Shown here piece after piece: positions 51,043-62,562 of a stretch of DNA of 64,000 bases (its first letter is position 1; every line of letters starts with the position of its first letter). The stretch is from Halobacteriota archaeon (GTDB lineage: Archaea > Halobacteriota > Bog-38 > Methanoflorentales > Methanoflorentaceae). The stretch is taken from NCBI GenBank assembly GCA_050011655.1, contig JBEKIR010000001.1:4519-68518 (forward strand). The letters run 5' to 3'. The translations under genes and the position numbers were made by a program. The notes below the pieces were generated by a model, which was given only the letters and a program-made list of their open reading frames with translations, was not told the DNA's origin and searched no databases.

Positions 51043-52143
51043 TTAAGCACCTTGCCCCCCGTAAGTGAGAAGAGCGATGTCATCGGGACGAGCTCTTCTA
51101 ACCACGCTACTTATGATGTTCTTAGTCCCGAAGAGGTTATTTGACCGGTCGTTGAGGACTAGGAGACTAGCTTTCTTGCCAAGATCAATAGAGCCAATTT
51201 CGTTAGCAACCCCCATTATCTTAGCATTGTTTAGTGTTGCCATTTCGAGCACTTTGCGGTCGTTGCGCAAAAACGCTTTTGATGTGAACTCCATTTCTGC
51301 AAACATGTTGAGTGAGTTGAACATCACGTTGTCTGTGCCGAGCCCAACGGTGGTTGTCTGCAGCATTTGAGCTATTGGCGGGTGCAGAAAAGGCAATCCA
51401 ACGCCAGTAACTAGGTTTGACCTGGGACACACCACGATGGGAATGCCGCTTTCAATCTGGTGCTGAGATGCGTAGGTCATATGAATGAGACAATCGGGAT
51501 TCAAAGCGATAGCGGAATCAATATCAGAAGCATCTTTTTCGCCTGCGTGAATGGCAACAAACTTGCGGCGTGTGCGTGCCTTGGCGATCATTGCTTTCAG
51601 TGATGAATTGCTAACATCGCTACTTCCGCTTACCCCAAGGCCGTGCGTGATATCGAGAATAGTATCAATCTCATCTTCTACTATATAATCCCGTCCGTTA
51701 TTTGGCCGACCAAGAATCATCACCTGTACTTTTTTCACTGAGCGGGTTGCAGTTTTCAGCGCGTTAGCGCCGACGGCACCCCCCTCCCTAAAATCGGCCA
51801 GCGCGATCGTCCCACTCGCTAGAGCGTCTAGAAGTGACTTGCGCATCGCTTCGATCAACGCTCTCGGTGCTGCGTCGCGTAATGCGCGGTGCTTCAACCC
51901 GTGAGGAGGTTTTACGAGAGTATCAAGGCTACCGAACGGCACGTCTTTGATTATAGAATCTCCGAGATGGGTGTGCGCGTTGATCAAAGCAGGCATGATT
52001 ATTCCACTTGCCCTGCAGTTATCTGGCTTAACATCTGACCGCTCTTCTATTTCGGCGATTCTGCCTGATTCCACGTGGACGTAGCCCGTTATCACTTCAA
52101 AATCGCAGCCGTTTAGTATCCTTCCACCGACGACGTAGTCCAT
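51043..52143 (-). CDS. Amidohydrolase-family (nucleoside deaminase-like) protein
   Basis: INAHTHLGDS, IHAGE, CPRSN, LGTDN. Confidence 0.9.
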   Translation of the reverse strand: MDYVVGGRILNGCDFEVITGYVHVESGRIAEIEERSDVKPDNCRASGIIMPALINAHTHLGDSIIKDVPFGSLDTLVKPPHGLKHRALRDAAPRALIEAMRKSLLDALASGTIALADFREGGAVGANALKTATRSVKKVQVMILGRPNNGRDYIVEDEIDTILDITHGLGVSGSSDVSNSSLKAMIAKARTRRKFVAIHAGEKDASDIDSAIALNPDCLIHMTYASQHQIESGIPIVVCPRSNLVTGVGLPFLHPPIAQMLQTTTVGLGTDNVMFNSLNMFAEMEFTSKAFLRNDRKVLEMATLNNAKIMGVANEIGSIDLGKKASLLVLNDRSNNLFGTKNIISSVVRRARPDDIALLTYGGQGA

Positions 52144-52180
52144 AGCAACGTATAAGTCATAGCAAACTGTATTTGAACCT

Positions 52181-52351
52181 ATGGCGAAAGGGAAGCGCCA
52201 AACAGCAGGACCTATGTCAAGCGCTGGTTTGGTGCGATACTACGAATCAGAAGATAAGAACGCCATACACATCAACCCTCGCTCAATCCTCGTCGCGTGC
52301 GTCCTCTCCGCAGCAATCATACTGGCGTTGAATTTCATGGTTGCTCGGTAA
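52181..52351 (+). CDS. secG: Preprotein translocase subunit Sec61beta/SecG (56 aa; below ORF-track cutoff)
   Basis: Manual translation MAKGKRQTAGPMSSAGLVRYYESEDKNAIHINPRSILVACVLSAAIILALNFMVAR*. Confidence 0.93.
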   Translation: MAKGKRQTAGPMSSAGLVRYYESEDKNAIHINPRSILVACVLSAAIILALNFMVAR

Positions 52352-52399
52352 CGGGCTTGGCATTTGAGCTTTTTTTACCGAACGAGCGCCTTGGGGACG

Positions 52400-53218
52400 A
52401 GTCGCTATGGCTTTGGGCGAATCCAGAGCATTTTTGTGGGAAGATTTGAACACAGCTGCCTGGAAAGCATCAAAGAAACGCTTAGAGACGATTTGCATTT
52501 TAACGTCGGTCCGATCAAGACGCACTCGCGCAGATCGCACTAGATCTCATTTCCGCTTGAAGTAGATGGCGGGGGGGCTTGCCGACATAGCCTCTTAGCG
52601 AGAGTTGTCAATGAAAAAGCAGTGCACAACTTTAATTACGTTTTTGAGTTTGGAAACGTGCGTTCTCGCGCGTTGCGCAAAAAAAGCAGGTTATTTCGAC
52701 ACGCCTCCTCTCCATTAAAGATTCTTCGCTGCGCAGCTGATACCTTAAAAAATGCAGGCGACCGGCATCTGTACTCCCGCCCCCAGATTGGTCCAGCTAA
52801 ACCTCAAGCGCACTCTTGATCCTAGAACATTTAGATTGCATCCCTCTTGGCGTGGCGGCCCTACAACGGGAGAGCACCTGTACCGCAACAAGGACTGTCC
52901 GGCGTTTGCGAGACAAAACTCGTTCACGGAACATAAAGCTTGATAACCTGGTGCCTGCGAAACGCTCGGAAATTATTTGTTCGACTGCCTTAAGCGCAAG
53001 GACTCACTTCAACAAGAGTCAAACCACAATCTGACTAGCCCTATTTACAGCTTAAGCCGCAAGCTCAATCCCGGCGACGGCCTTAGGCAAAGCAATTTTT
53101 TACCGTACCAGAAATTGAAGCCGCTATAGCGCTGCGATATGTGGCTGCTACCCAAATTGATGGGATGGCTGACAAGAATATCGGCAATCAAATTAGTCTA
53201 GCGGCGGAATGCATTTGA
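52400..53218 (+). pseudogene. Heavily decayed RIO-like/protein kinase-fold gene
   Basis: Across frames: LLARVVNEK, GICTPAP, LILEHLDCIPL, LVHG[d]IKLDNLV (52925-52950), YLFDCL (52974-52991); in-frame TAG 52541 and several frameshifts. Confidence 0.6.
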
Positions 53219-53341
53219 CCATTTTAAAAAACTCTAGCTGTCCGTTCGGTTTTGTAGGCGATGTTTTCCGACAGCGCCAACAGAAGGTCTGACGACGCAG
53301 TGTAAGGACTTAATAGTAGAGATACATACAAATGAAGGTTC

Positions 53342-53842
53342 ATGGTCCGCTTGACACGAAATCTGATTCGAATCTCGTTTTTGGTGATCGCACTCCTGTT
53401 AACGGCTACCTATGGCATGGCAAGCGTGCAGAAGCAGGCCGACCCTTGGCTCGATCCCGTTGTGACTAAAGGAGAGCTCGACTCTGCCTCGTGGATCAAT
53501 GCTAACACTAAACCTACGGATCATTTCCAGGCGGATATCTTCGGCGGAGAGCTAATAATGGGGATGACCGCCCGCATTCCTATAGTTGGTGGCGACTGGT
53601 CCAACGCGCCAAATCCCATTGCAGATATGAATGCCTCGCAGCAGATCTACCAAACGCCCAGCGCGATCGAGGCTTATGCTTTGTGCAAACAGTACAACCT
53701 GACCTATGTTTTCGTTCCGCTCAACAGACTAGTTTTCTGCGGATTTGGCTGGATATCAGTTAACGCGACGAAATTTGATAACAGCGAATACTTCAGGCTT
53801 CAATATTCAAATGAGGATGTTCGAATCTATCGCGTGGCTTAA
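53342..53842 (+). CDS. Membrane-anchored stand-alone C-terminal domain of a GT-C-like glycosyltransferase
   Basis: N-terminal TM; ELDSASWINANT..., YNLTYVFV, YFRLQYSNEDVRIYRV, similar to the C-terminus of 54949-56892. Confidence 0.72.
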   Translation: MVRLTRNLIRISFLVIALLLTATYGMASVQKQADPWLDPVVTKGELDSASWINANTKPTDHFQADIFGGELIMGMTARIPIVGGDWSNAPNPIADMNASQQIYQTPSAIEAYALCKQYNLTYVFVPLNRLVFCGFGWISVNATKFDNSEYFRLQYSNEDVRIYRVA

Positions 53843-54941
53843 CAAAGCAAAAATTCGCGAACGTTTTACATCGCTTGACGCTGTGACCGTTCTCAGATAC
53901 GTCGCAATTCTCGCTCTGTTCACCTTGTTCGTGAGTTATCGTCTGAATGTCCTGGGGGGCTACGTGATACCTACGTACGGAAATACCATGTATCACGTGG
54001 GAATAGAACGGGTTACGCTGGAAACGGGCCACTACCCGACGCAGGAGCTCTCATACAACGGAGGCTTTCCAAACTTTTACGTTCCCGCATACCGGCTGCT
54101 CATAGTGTCGCAGTCGGCGTTTTCTGGAATAGATCCAATGGTGATGTCAGGGCTGATGACGATCGCGCTGGCGGCCGCCGTATCTGGGGTAATTTACGCA
54201 TTCTCGAAGCAGCTTGTAGGAGCGAGCGCAGCCGTTTGCGCTCTACTCTTCCTCACGCTGTCGCCAGGAATGACTATCTTCACGATTCGTGCATTGCCAG
54301 AGCTCCTTGGGCTCGTTATGTTTCCGCTGACTCTCTTTTTTATTCTGAAAAACAGAGCGGAAGGCCCTTTTCAGTTCAACGGATACGTGGCGCTCTCCAT
54401 CATCGCAGCCGCAGTAACGGCGCTGACGCATCAAATCACGCTCCTCGTCCTAGCTCTCGTTTTGGCAGTGTATGCCCTCACACAGATCAAAAACAGAAAC
54501 GAGTTTCTTAAGGCAATCGTCCCCCTCGTTGCATTGATTGCGGTCTATGGGTTGTGGCAAGTCTATTCTTTGCATACCTTAAGCATACTGGGGATTGCTC
54601 AAGTCAAGTATCACGAAGGCACCCCGGTCGATTTCTTCGCGAGCGCGTTTAGCGTGGGATTCTTCGATGAAGCTGGCCTTCTTGTCCTCCCTTTTTCGGC
54701 TATCGGGCTTTTCTGGCTTGAAAGAAACAAGGTCGACAAGCGGTTCTTGGTGTACTCGTGGGTCATAGCTACCCTCTTGCTCACAAAGAACGATTTGCTT
54801 GGAATTGATATATTCATGGACAGATTTCTGACCTTCTTTATTGAGTCGTTGATTATCGTAGGCGGAATTGGAACATTTGCAGTCCTGCAGTTCCTCGACG
54901 CCCGCATCGGAAGCGCCATTGAGCGGAATTCAGAAACGTAA
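53811..54941 (+). CDS. Multi-TM GT-C-like glycosyltransferase core lacking the C-terminal domain
   Basis: GNTMYH, YVPAY, LTHQIT, MDRFL; about 11 TM segments; start approximate. Confidence 0.7.
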   Translation: MRMFESIAWLNKAKIRERFTSLDAVTVLRYVAILALFTLFVSYRLNVLGGYVIPTYGNTMYHVGIERVTLETGHYPTQELSYNGGFPNFYVPAYRLLIVSQSAFSGIDPMVMSGLMTIALAAAVSGVIYAFSKQLVGASAAVCALLFLTLSPGMTIFTIRALPELLGLVMFPLTLFFILKNRAEGPFQFNGYVALSIIAAAVTALTHQITLLVLALVLAVYALTQIKNRNEFLKAIVPLVALIAVYGLWQVYSLHTLSILGIAQVKYHEGTPVDFFASAFSVGFFDEAGLLVLPFSAIGLFWLERNKVDKRFLVYSWVIATLLLTKNDLLGIDIFMDRFLTFFIESLIIVGGIGTFAVLQFLDARIGSAIERNSET

Positions 54942-54948
54942 GTGAACC

Positions 54949-56892
54949 ATGATACGGCCGCAGCTCTTTCCATATCAGTGCTGGACGGCAGCTACTGGAG
55001 TACTCCTGCTGCTCCCTTTGCAGTCTTTTTCACTTCCATTACTCTTTATCCTGCCTGGTCTTGGTTTCTACGTGCTTTATAAAGCCGGCAAGCAAATAGG
55101 CATTTTAGAGGCCATAAGTTACTCCATTTCTCTAACGCTCGTGTTAGCGCCGACCGCAGCGACACTGCTGTACCTTACTGGCGTCGGCGTCGCAATGACT
55201 GGAGCATTCCTCGGGCTCGCAGTCATCACAAGCTCGATATTGTCATATGTTTTTCGAAGAAATAGCGTAAAACCGCCCGAAGTCAACAACATGACAGACA
55301 GGGACAGTCACAAGTTGGTGTTTCTCGCGCTTCCCATCCTGCTTGCAGTTGTACTCGCGCTGGTCGTCAGCGTTCCCCTCTCTAGATCACCAGTCGTTGG
55401 CGATGAAGGGCTAGTGATGAATCCCACGGAAGCGGGTGACCTAAACTTCCACCTTTCTATCATAGCACGATTCGTTGAATCCCCACACGTACCGCCGGAA
55501 GACCCATATCTCCCATCGCATTATGTGGTTTACGATTTTTTCATGCACGTCTATGTGGGGACACTGAGCGTTGTGACCGGCATTAGTTCCCTGACGATCT
55601 TTAAGATCACGGTTCCACTTCTCTTCTTTGCCCTTTCAATAAACATCTACGTGCTGTGTAGAAGGACGTTCAATACCGCAACTGCCTTAATCGCGATGAT
55701 CTTGTACACGCTCGGTGGGGGGCTCGCCTGGATTTTAATACTCGCTCAAAGGCCAAGCGATGTTTTTCCCTACCTGATTTATCAGTTTACCGACGCTGCG
55801 GCTGTTAAATATGATCAGACTCTGCTGTACTATTTGCTGCCACAAACTCAAACATTTGCTTTGGTAATTCTTACATTTGCGTTCACTTTATGGGTAACTC
55901 TGATAAAGGAACACAAAGTACGAAATTTGTTGCTTTTTGGGCTCACGCTGGGCGTCCTGCCATATTATCATCTTATAACCGCGTTTCCATTGTATCTGGC
56001 AGTTGGCATTTACGTGGTTTACAAATATGCAAGAAGACAAGTCACGTGCGCGCAGTATCATGCGGGCGCTCTCGCAGTCGGGGGTGCTATCGCATCCCCG
56101 CTTCTATTCTTGCTTATCGGGGGACCAGCTCAAGTTACATTGGCGTTTTCAACGTATTCGCTCTTTTTCATTTTTCTCGTATTCGGCCTTATCGCAATTC
56201 TTGCGTGTGCCGGAGCTTACCGGTCGTTGAACAATGAAGCAAGCAAACTGCTCCTGCTTTTTGCTTTTTCCGCCATAGTAGCGGTGAATTTCATCGCCCT
56301 TCCGCTCACTAATAACAGCTACCGGTTCTTGGTGTACTTGTGGCTTCCAGTCGCCCTTTTTGCCAGTTACTATATTTCGACCGTCGTAGCCGGATTGACA
56401 GCTGCACGCTCGTCCTCAGCAAAGATGTCTCTGAAAGTACTGGCTATTGTGGCAGCACTTCTGCTTGCGCTTCCCACGTCGTATCTGCTGTGGGACTTTT
56501 ATAACAGCGGGTCGTATGTTCTCGCTTCACGCGCTGAAGTACAAGCTTTGCAGTGGATAAAAGGAGATACCCCCAAAGACGCAATCTTTCTCGAAGCGCC
56601 GTCCACTTTTCCGCGCATTCCCATAGAAACCGGACGAAGGGTGGTTTTTGCCGGCTCCATCTATACGATTCAGTACCACGGCGTCGATTTACAAGCAGAG
56701 ATAGACGCACTCATGAACGAGCGCAGCCCCGAATCCTTGAGTCTCAGCCTTATGCAGCACAACGTGTCGTACGTTTTTGTGGGTTCGCGCGAACAACCGT
56801 ACGAGATTGCTACCACTCTCAAAGATACTAACTATTTTCAGAGCGTGTATTCAAATCCTATGGTTACTATATACAAAGTGAAGAACAGTTAG
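54949..56892 (+). CDS. Full-length GT-C-like membrane glycosyltransferase
   Basis: GDLNFH, PPEDPYL, YDFFMH, YYHL, SYRFL, EVQALQWIK..LEAP, HNVSYVFVG, YSNPMVTIYKV. Confidence 0.75.
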   Translation: MIRPQLFPYQCWTAATGVLLLLPLQSFSLPLLFILPGLGFYVLYKAGKQIGILEAISYSISLTLVLAPTAATLLYLTGVGVAMTGAFLGLAVITSSILSYVFRRNSVKPPEVNNMTDRDSHKLVFLALPILLAVVLALVVSVPLSRSPVVGDEGLVMNPTEAGDLNFHLSIIARFVESPHVPPEDPYLPSHYVVYDFFMHVYVGTLSVVTGISSLTIFKITVPLLFFALSINIYVLCRRTFNTATALIAMILYTLGGGLAWILILAQRPSDVFPYLIYQFTDAAAVKYDQTLLYYLLPQTQTFALVILTFAFTLWVTLIKEHKVRNLLLFGLTLGVLPYYHLITAFPLYLAVGIYVVYKYARRQVTCAQYHAGALAVGGAIASPLLFLLIGGPAQVTLAFSTYSLFFIFLVFGLIAILACAGAYRSLNNEASKLLLLFAFSAIVAVNFIALPLTNNSYRFLVYLWLPVALFASYYISTVVAGLTAARSSSAKMSLKVLAIVAALLLALPTSYLLWDFYNSGSYVLASRAEVQALQWIKGDTPKDAIFLEAPSTFPRIPIETGRRVVFAGSIYTIQYHGVDLQAEIDALMNERSPESLSLSLMQHNVSYVFVGSREQPYEIATTLKDTNYFQSVYSNPMVTIYKVKNS

Positions 56893-56953
56893 GCTCCGCA
56901 TTACCGAACCGGAGGCTGCTGAAGACCTTTAGTGCAACAGGGAGAGCCTCGTC

Positions 56954-57277
56954 GTGTATATTGACTTTTCAAGCATCTTACTCTTCATTCTTGGAATAGT
57001 CTACTTGGTTTTGCTTCCGGGCTATTTGATCCTTGTCGGCCTCAAAGTACGCGATCTTGACGTGATTGAGACGCTGGCCGCATCTTTTGGCACAGGGGTG
57101 GGGGTCCTAACAGCAATTTCAGTCGCACTCAGCTTAGCGGGTAGTGTAGGCCTAACGGCTTCGAGCCTGGTGTCGGCCAACACAGCAGTTTTAGTTGTGT
57201 TGTGCTCCGCTTTAGTTTATATGAGGCACAAGCATAAAAAAACAAACAAACCATCAAGCACATCAGAAGCGCAATAA
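56954..57277 (+). CDS. Small 3-TM protein (DUF1616-like N-terminal module)
   Basis: LVLLPGY..DVIETLAASFGTG, similar to the N-terminus of 54949-56892. Confidence 0.68.
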   Translation: MYIDFSSILLFILGIVYLVLLPGYLILVGLKVRDLDVIETLAASFGTGVGVLTAISVALSLAGSVGLTASSLVSANTAVLVVLCSALVYMRHKHKKTNKPSSTSEAQ

Positions 57278-57298
57278 TCCAAAGCTGGCGTTAGCGAA

Positions 57299-57892
57299 TT
57301 GACCTATCGACCTATGAAGGACGTTGAAGTATTTTTCGTCGGGAGAGCGAATGCGGGCAAGTCAGCGGTACTTAAAGAGCTTTTTGGGCTAAAAACGCGA
57401 GTGGGAAGACGTCCGGGCGTGACAAGAGCGCCAGTGAGGTATCAACTTGATAGTTTTACAGTCATAGATTTGCCTGGAATCGGATTCCGGCGTGGGCTGA
57501 ACGGTTACCGACGCGTGCTGCGCGACGTTATCGACGGCGAACGGCACAAGCTAAGACCGCTGTCATTGGGCGTGCAAGTCATCGATGGAAAATCATTCTT
57601 AGAGACTACAGAGCGGCATTTCAAGCCTCTTGACGTTGATCTGTTCGAATATTTGCTCGATTCTGAGATTGACCCTATCGTTGCAATCAACAAAATGGAC
57701 AAGATCAAAGAGCCCGAACCCAGCTTAGACAAGATAGTGTCGCTGCTCGGAATGCTTCCCCCATACAAACAGTGGGCCGATCGCGTAGTGCCGATCAGCG
57801 CCAAACAACACGACGTCGCACAACTCAAGTGGCTAATTTCGCACCGGCTACAAGAGATGAAAAGCAAAACCGGGGAAAGCCAGGCGCTATAG
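57299..57892 (+). CDS. engB: GTP-binding protein EngB (archaeal)
   Basis: GRANAGKS, GRRPGVT, DLPG, NKMD, PISAK. Confidence 0.92.
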   Translation: MTYRPMKDVEVFFVGRANAGKSAVLKELFGLKTRVGRRPGVTRAPVRYQLDSFTVIDLPGIGFRRGLNGYRRVLRDVIDGERHKLRPLSLGVQVIDGKSFLETTERHFKPLDVDLFEYLLDSEIDPIVAINKMDKIKEPEPSLDKIVSLLGMLPPYKQWADRVVPISAKQHDVAQLKWLISHRLQEMKSKTGESQAL

Positions 57893-58130
57893 CTTAGTCA
57901 ATGACGCCGCGGCTGCGACCTCACCTCTAGAGCGACGCCACCTCCTTATTACCATCTCGTCTCCGCGCCCGTCGCTCGTCATATGTGTTTTCACAAGTCG
58001 ATACGGTTTTTTGGCAATACGACTTCCCCTGGCCCAAAAATAGCTTCCGAACTAATCCGTGTTAATAGTCTACATGCGCACTATATCCTGCTACGCTTGC
58101 TAACATTGTATTAAGCAACGTATTTCACGT

Positions 58131-59249
58131 TTGAAGAGACTGCATGTGTTTGTGTCTCACCCTTTCACAGCTGCATTCGATTTAGAAGGGCCATTGTCTC
58201 CGCAAGATAATGCATACGAAGTTATGCACTCAATCAAAGAAGGACCCGCACTGTTTGAAGTTTTGAGCAGATATGATGACTATCTGGCCATTCGAAATAG
58301 ACCAAATTATGAGCCTGGCGATACACTGCAGCTGATAGTCCCTTTCATGATCATTAACGGAATAACAGAGCAGGATGTGCGAAAAGCCTCAAGTCGAGCG
58401 CAACTGGTCGGTGGCGCCAGAGAGCTCATCAAGTGGCTAAAGGATGAAACGTGGGACGTGCATATCATTTCAACGAGCTACGAGCAGCACGCTTACAATG
58501 TAGCTTCAAAGCTTGATGTTGAGCGCGAAAAAGTGCACTGTACCCAGTTTCCCTTAGATTTTTTGTCCGAAATTCTAGAAGAAGGCGAGATTGCGTTGAT
58601 CCACGAGATTCAAAACAAGATCCTCTCGTTTTATTCTAACGCCAACAACGTAGAGAATTCAACATTTGGAAAATTAGCAACTCAGCTCGATGAGTTCTTC
58701 TTTGAAATTGTACCTCGCACGCGGATCCAAGCGATTTTCGATCAGATCACAGTAGTAGGCGGTGAGCGAAAAGTTCAGGCCTTGACGTCAGCGATCGGCG
58801 TGGGCAAGCAGACAGACACTGCGGTAATCGGCGATAGCATTACGGATTACAAAATGCTCCAGGAGATTCGAAGCGCCGGCGGGATCTCTGTTGCATTCAA
58901 TGGAAACTCTTACGCGTTACCCTATGCCAACATTGGCATGGCATGCGCTGACATTCGTCCCCTTTACCTCGTTTTGACCGCTTTCCGAGAGAGCGGACTC
59001 AAATCTGCGTTTGAGTTGGCTACGTTATGGGAAGTTGAATGTCGGGCATTCGCCAGAGATCCACGCCGAATACCAAGCCACGCCTTGCGACCCGAGCTAG
59101 CGCGTTTTTTTGCTAATGCATGCGAAACAGAGTTTCCGCGTTTTAGCGTTTTGAACAAGAGAAACAAAGAACAACTGCACCAAATAGCAGCAGTACACGC
59201 CAAATTCCGCAGCCTCATCAGAGGACAAGAGACCGCGCAGCTCGGTTAA
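58131..59249 (+). CDS. HAD-superfamily hydrolase, EhaR-like
   Basis: FDLEGPLSPQDNAYE, SRYDDYL, YEPGDTL, ISTSYEQ, IGDSITD, AFNGN. Confidence 0.82.
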   Translation: MKRLHVFVSHPFTAAFDLEGPLSPQDNAYEVMHSIKEGPALFEVLSRYDDYLAIRNRPNYEPGDTLQLIVPFMIINGITEQDVRKASSRAQLVGGARELIKWLKDETWDVHIISTSYEQHAYNVASKLDVEREKVHCTQFPLDFLSEILEEGEIALIHEIQNKILSFYSNANNVENSTFGKLATQLDEFFFEIVPRTRIQAIFDQITVVGGERKVQALTSAIGVGKQTDTAVIGDSITDYKMLQEIRSAGGISVAFNGNSYALPYANIGMACADIRPLYLVLTAFRESGLKSAFELATLWEVECRAFARDPRRIPSHALRPELARFFANACETEFPRFSVLNKRNKEQLHQIAAVHAKFRSLIRGQETAQLG

Positions 59250-59431
59250 GGGCCAAGTGCGGCCACCTGGTTGGAAGACTGCGTATATTCATAGTGGCAT
59301 GGAACTGCGCTCGCAGACCTGAGCCGTCCTGAAAACCGAAGCACGCGTTCTAACCTGGCCAATAAGACGGCGCGGCTTTACACAGCATATTACACGACTG
59401 GGCGCAACTCACTTCACCCAACAGCAGGAGG

Positions 59432-59827
59432 CTATTGCTCCGCTTTTTCAGCCTTTAAAATCTCATCGAGCGGCTTAGCACCGCTTTTTCCCACCACGAG
59501 ATTAATCTGGCCTGTTTCTGCAGAAATGACGCGACCGCGGACGCTCTTACGCCTTCTTATCCCTGTTTTTTTTGGATGATACCCGACACCTCCGGAAAGA
59601 AGCAGCCTTTTTCGGACCGTCCCCGGAAGATCTCGCCGCATAGCTACGCCATCTTTGTCTGAGCCGCCAGTTATGACAAGCGCATAATCGCTGAGTCCGA
59701 TCACATCACCGTCGAGTGAGTCCCCGATACCGAGACCGAACAGTTTGTTTGCTTGCGCACCTGATACTTCCATCTTGTGTGCGCTCTTCTTGCTTGGGTC
59801 AGATATGATTAACCTAAATTCCGCCAT
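59432..59827 (-). CDS. rps6e: 30S ribosomal protein eS6
   Basis: ITGGSDKDG, RRRKSVRG, QINL. Confidence 0.96.
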   Translation of the reverse strand: MAEFRLIISDPSKKSAHKMEVSGAQANKLFGLGIGDSLDGDVIGLSDYALVITGGSDKDGVAMRRDLPGTVRKRLLLSGGVGYHPKKTGIRRRKSVRGRVISAETGQINLVVGKSGAKPLDEILKAEKAEQ

Positions 59828-59901
59828 TTTACTACTCTCCTATCCGTGGTCGGCTGTGCACTACTGTTTGCTTGACAATTTGAAGATCTAAAGAGTGCAA
59901 T

Positions 59902-61656
<1,755 letters not shown>

Positions 61657-61763
61657 CCTACATCAACATCTGCGCTTAAATGCCTTGCGTTCAAGCTGCG
61701 TTTTGAGCTACACCCGGGTGATAATATTTATGGTTTGAGAGCGAAGGATGTAGCTGCATTATC

Positions 61764-61834
61764 GCGGTAGTGGTGTAGTGGCAGCACAAAGGCTTCCCAA
61801 GCCTTTAACCCGGGTTCGAGTCCCGGCTACCGCA
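61764..61834 (+). tRNA. tRNA-Gly (CCC), intronless, CCA not encoded
   Basis: Acceptor GCGGTAG/CTACCGC, anticodon arm AAGGC-TTCCCAA-GCCTT, T-arm CCGGG-TTCGAGT-CCCGG. Confidence 0.96.
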
Positions 61835-61986
61835 TTCTCTGGCTCGGTCCACTTGTAGTTCGTAAAGCGTGTTAGGCCGTCCTAAAACGAGACGGCGACG
61901 TCTACTGGTGCTTTAATAGGGGTTCAAAGTCTAGGCCCTCGGGAAAGGAAGGTAGAAGTCCCCGCTTAAACTGCGAAAGAGTGCCG

Positions 61987-62202
61987 TTAGCGCCGGTTGA
62001 CTCGTTCCGCGGCTAGTTTTACGTCATTTGCCGAGATCGTTTTTCGGTCAGCGAGCTTCGTCAGCAAAACGGCTTCTCTGGCAACGCCACTGCCATAGTC
62101 CTCAGCTTTCTCGGCAATCATTTTCACTGCCTTGCGATTGGCCCTTTCAGCTCCAGCTACCTTCATGATTCGCAAAACGACCGCCAGTGGAATTTCTGCC
62201 AT
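61987..62202 (-). CDS. Archaeal histone (HMf-type fold), divergent variant
   Basis: EIPLA..RIMK.AGAER, RKTI..DV.LA. Confidence 0.9.
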   Translation of the reverse strand: MAEIPLAVVLRIMKVAGAERANRKAVKMIAEKAEDYGSGVAREAVLLTKLADRKTISANDVKLAAERVNRR

Positions 62203-62562
62203 AATTATCGCTGTCCTTTAAGATCACTGCGCATAAAAAAGTTATGATTCACATCCAATCGATTACGCGGCCGCAAAGCCCCTCTTGCACAAACTTAAAG
62301 AATTGATAAATAACTGTATGCGCTAAACTAACAGTCATCGTGTCGTAGAAGCCGCTTTTGTTCCTGAGCGTTGCCAACCGCTAGCACTGCGCAGTTGAAC
62401 ACACGATGTGGCTTTGAGCGACAAAGTGCACAAGCGTCAGCAGAAGGAATGAGACCTCTCGCTTAAAGGAAAGACAAATAAGGACAAGCGTGGTTGAGGG
62501 CTGGCCTAGCCTAGACCGCGTACACATTTTGTACGGAGATGTGCGATTAACGCTCTCAAAAG

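Noticed and set aside
61835..62562. Integrated element at tRNA-Gly
   Set aside because: No integrase or duplicated tRNA 3' end seen; flanks are housekeeping genes
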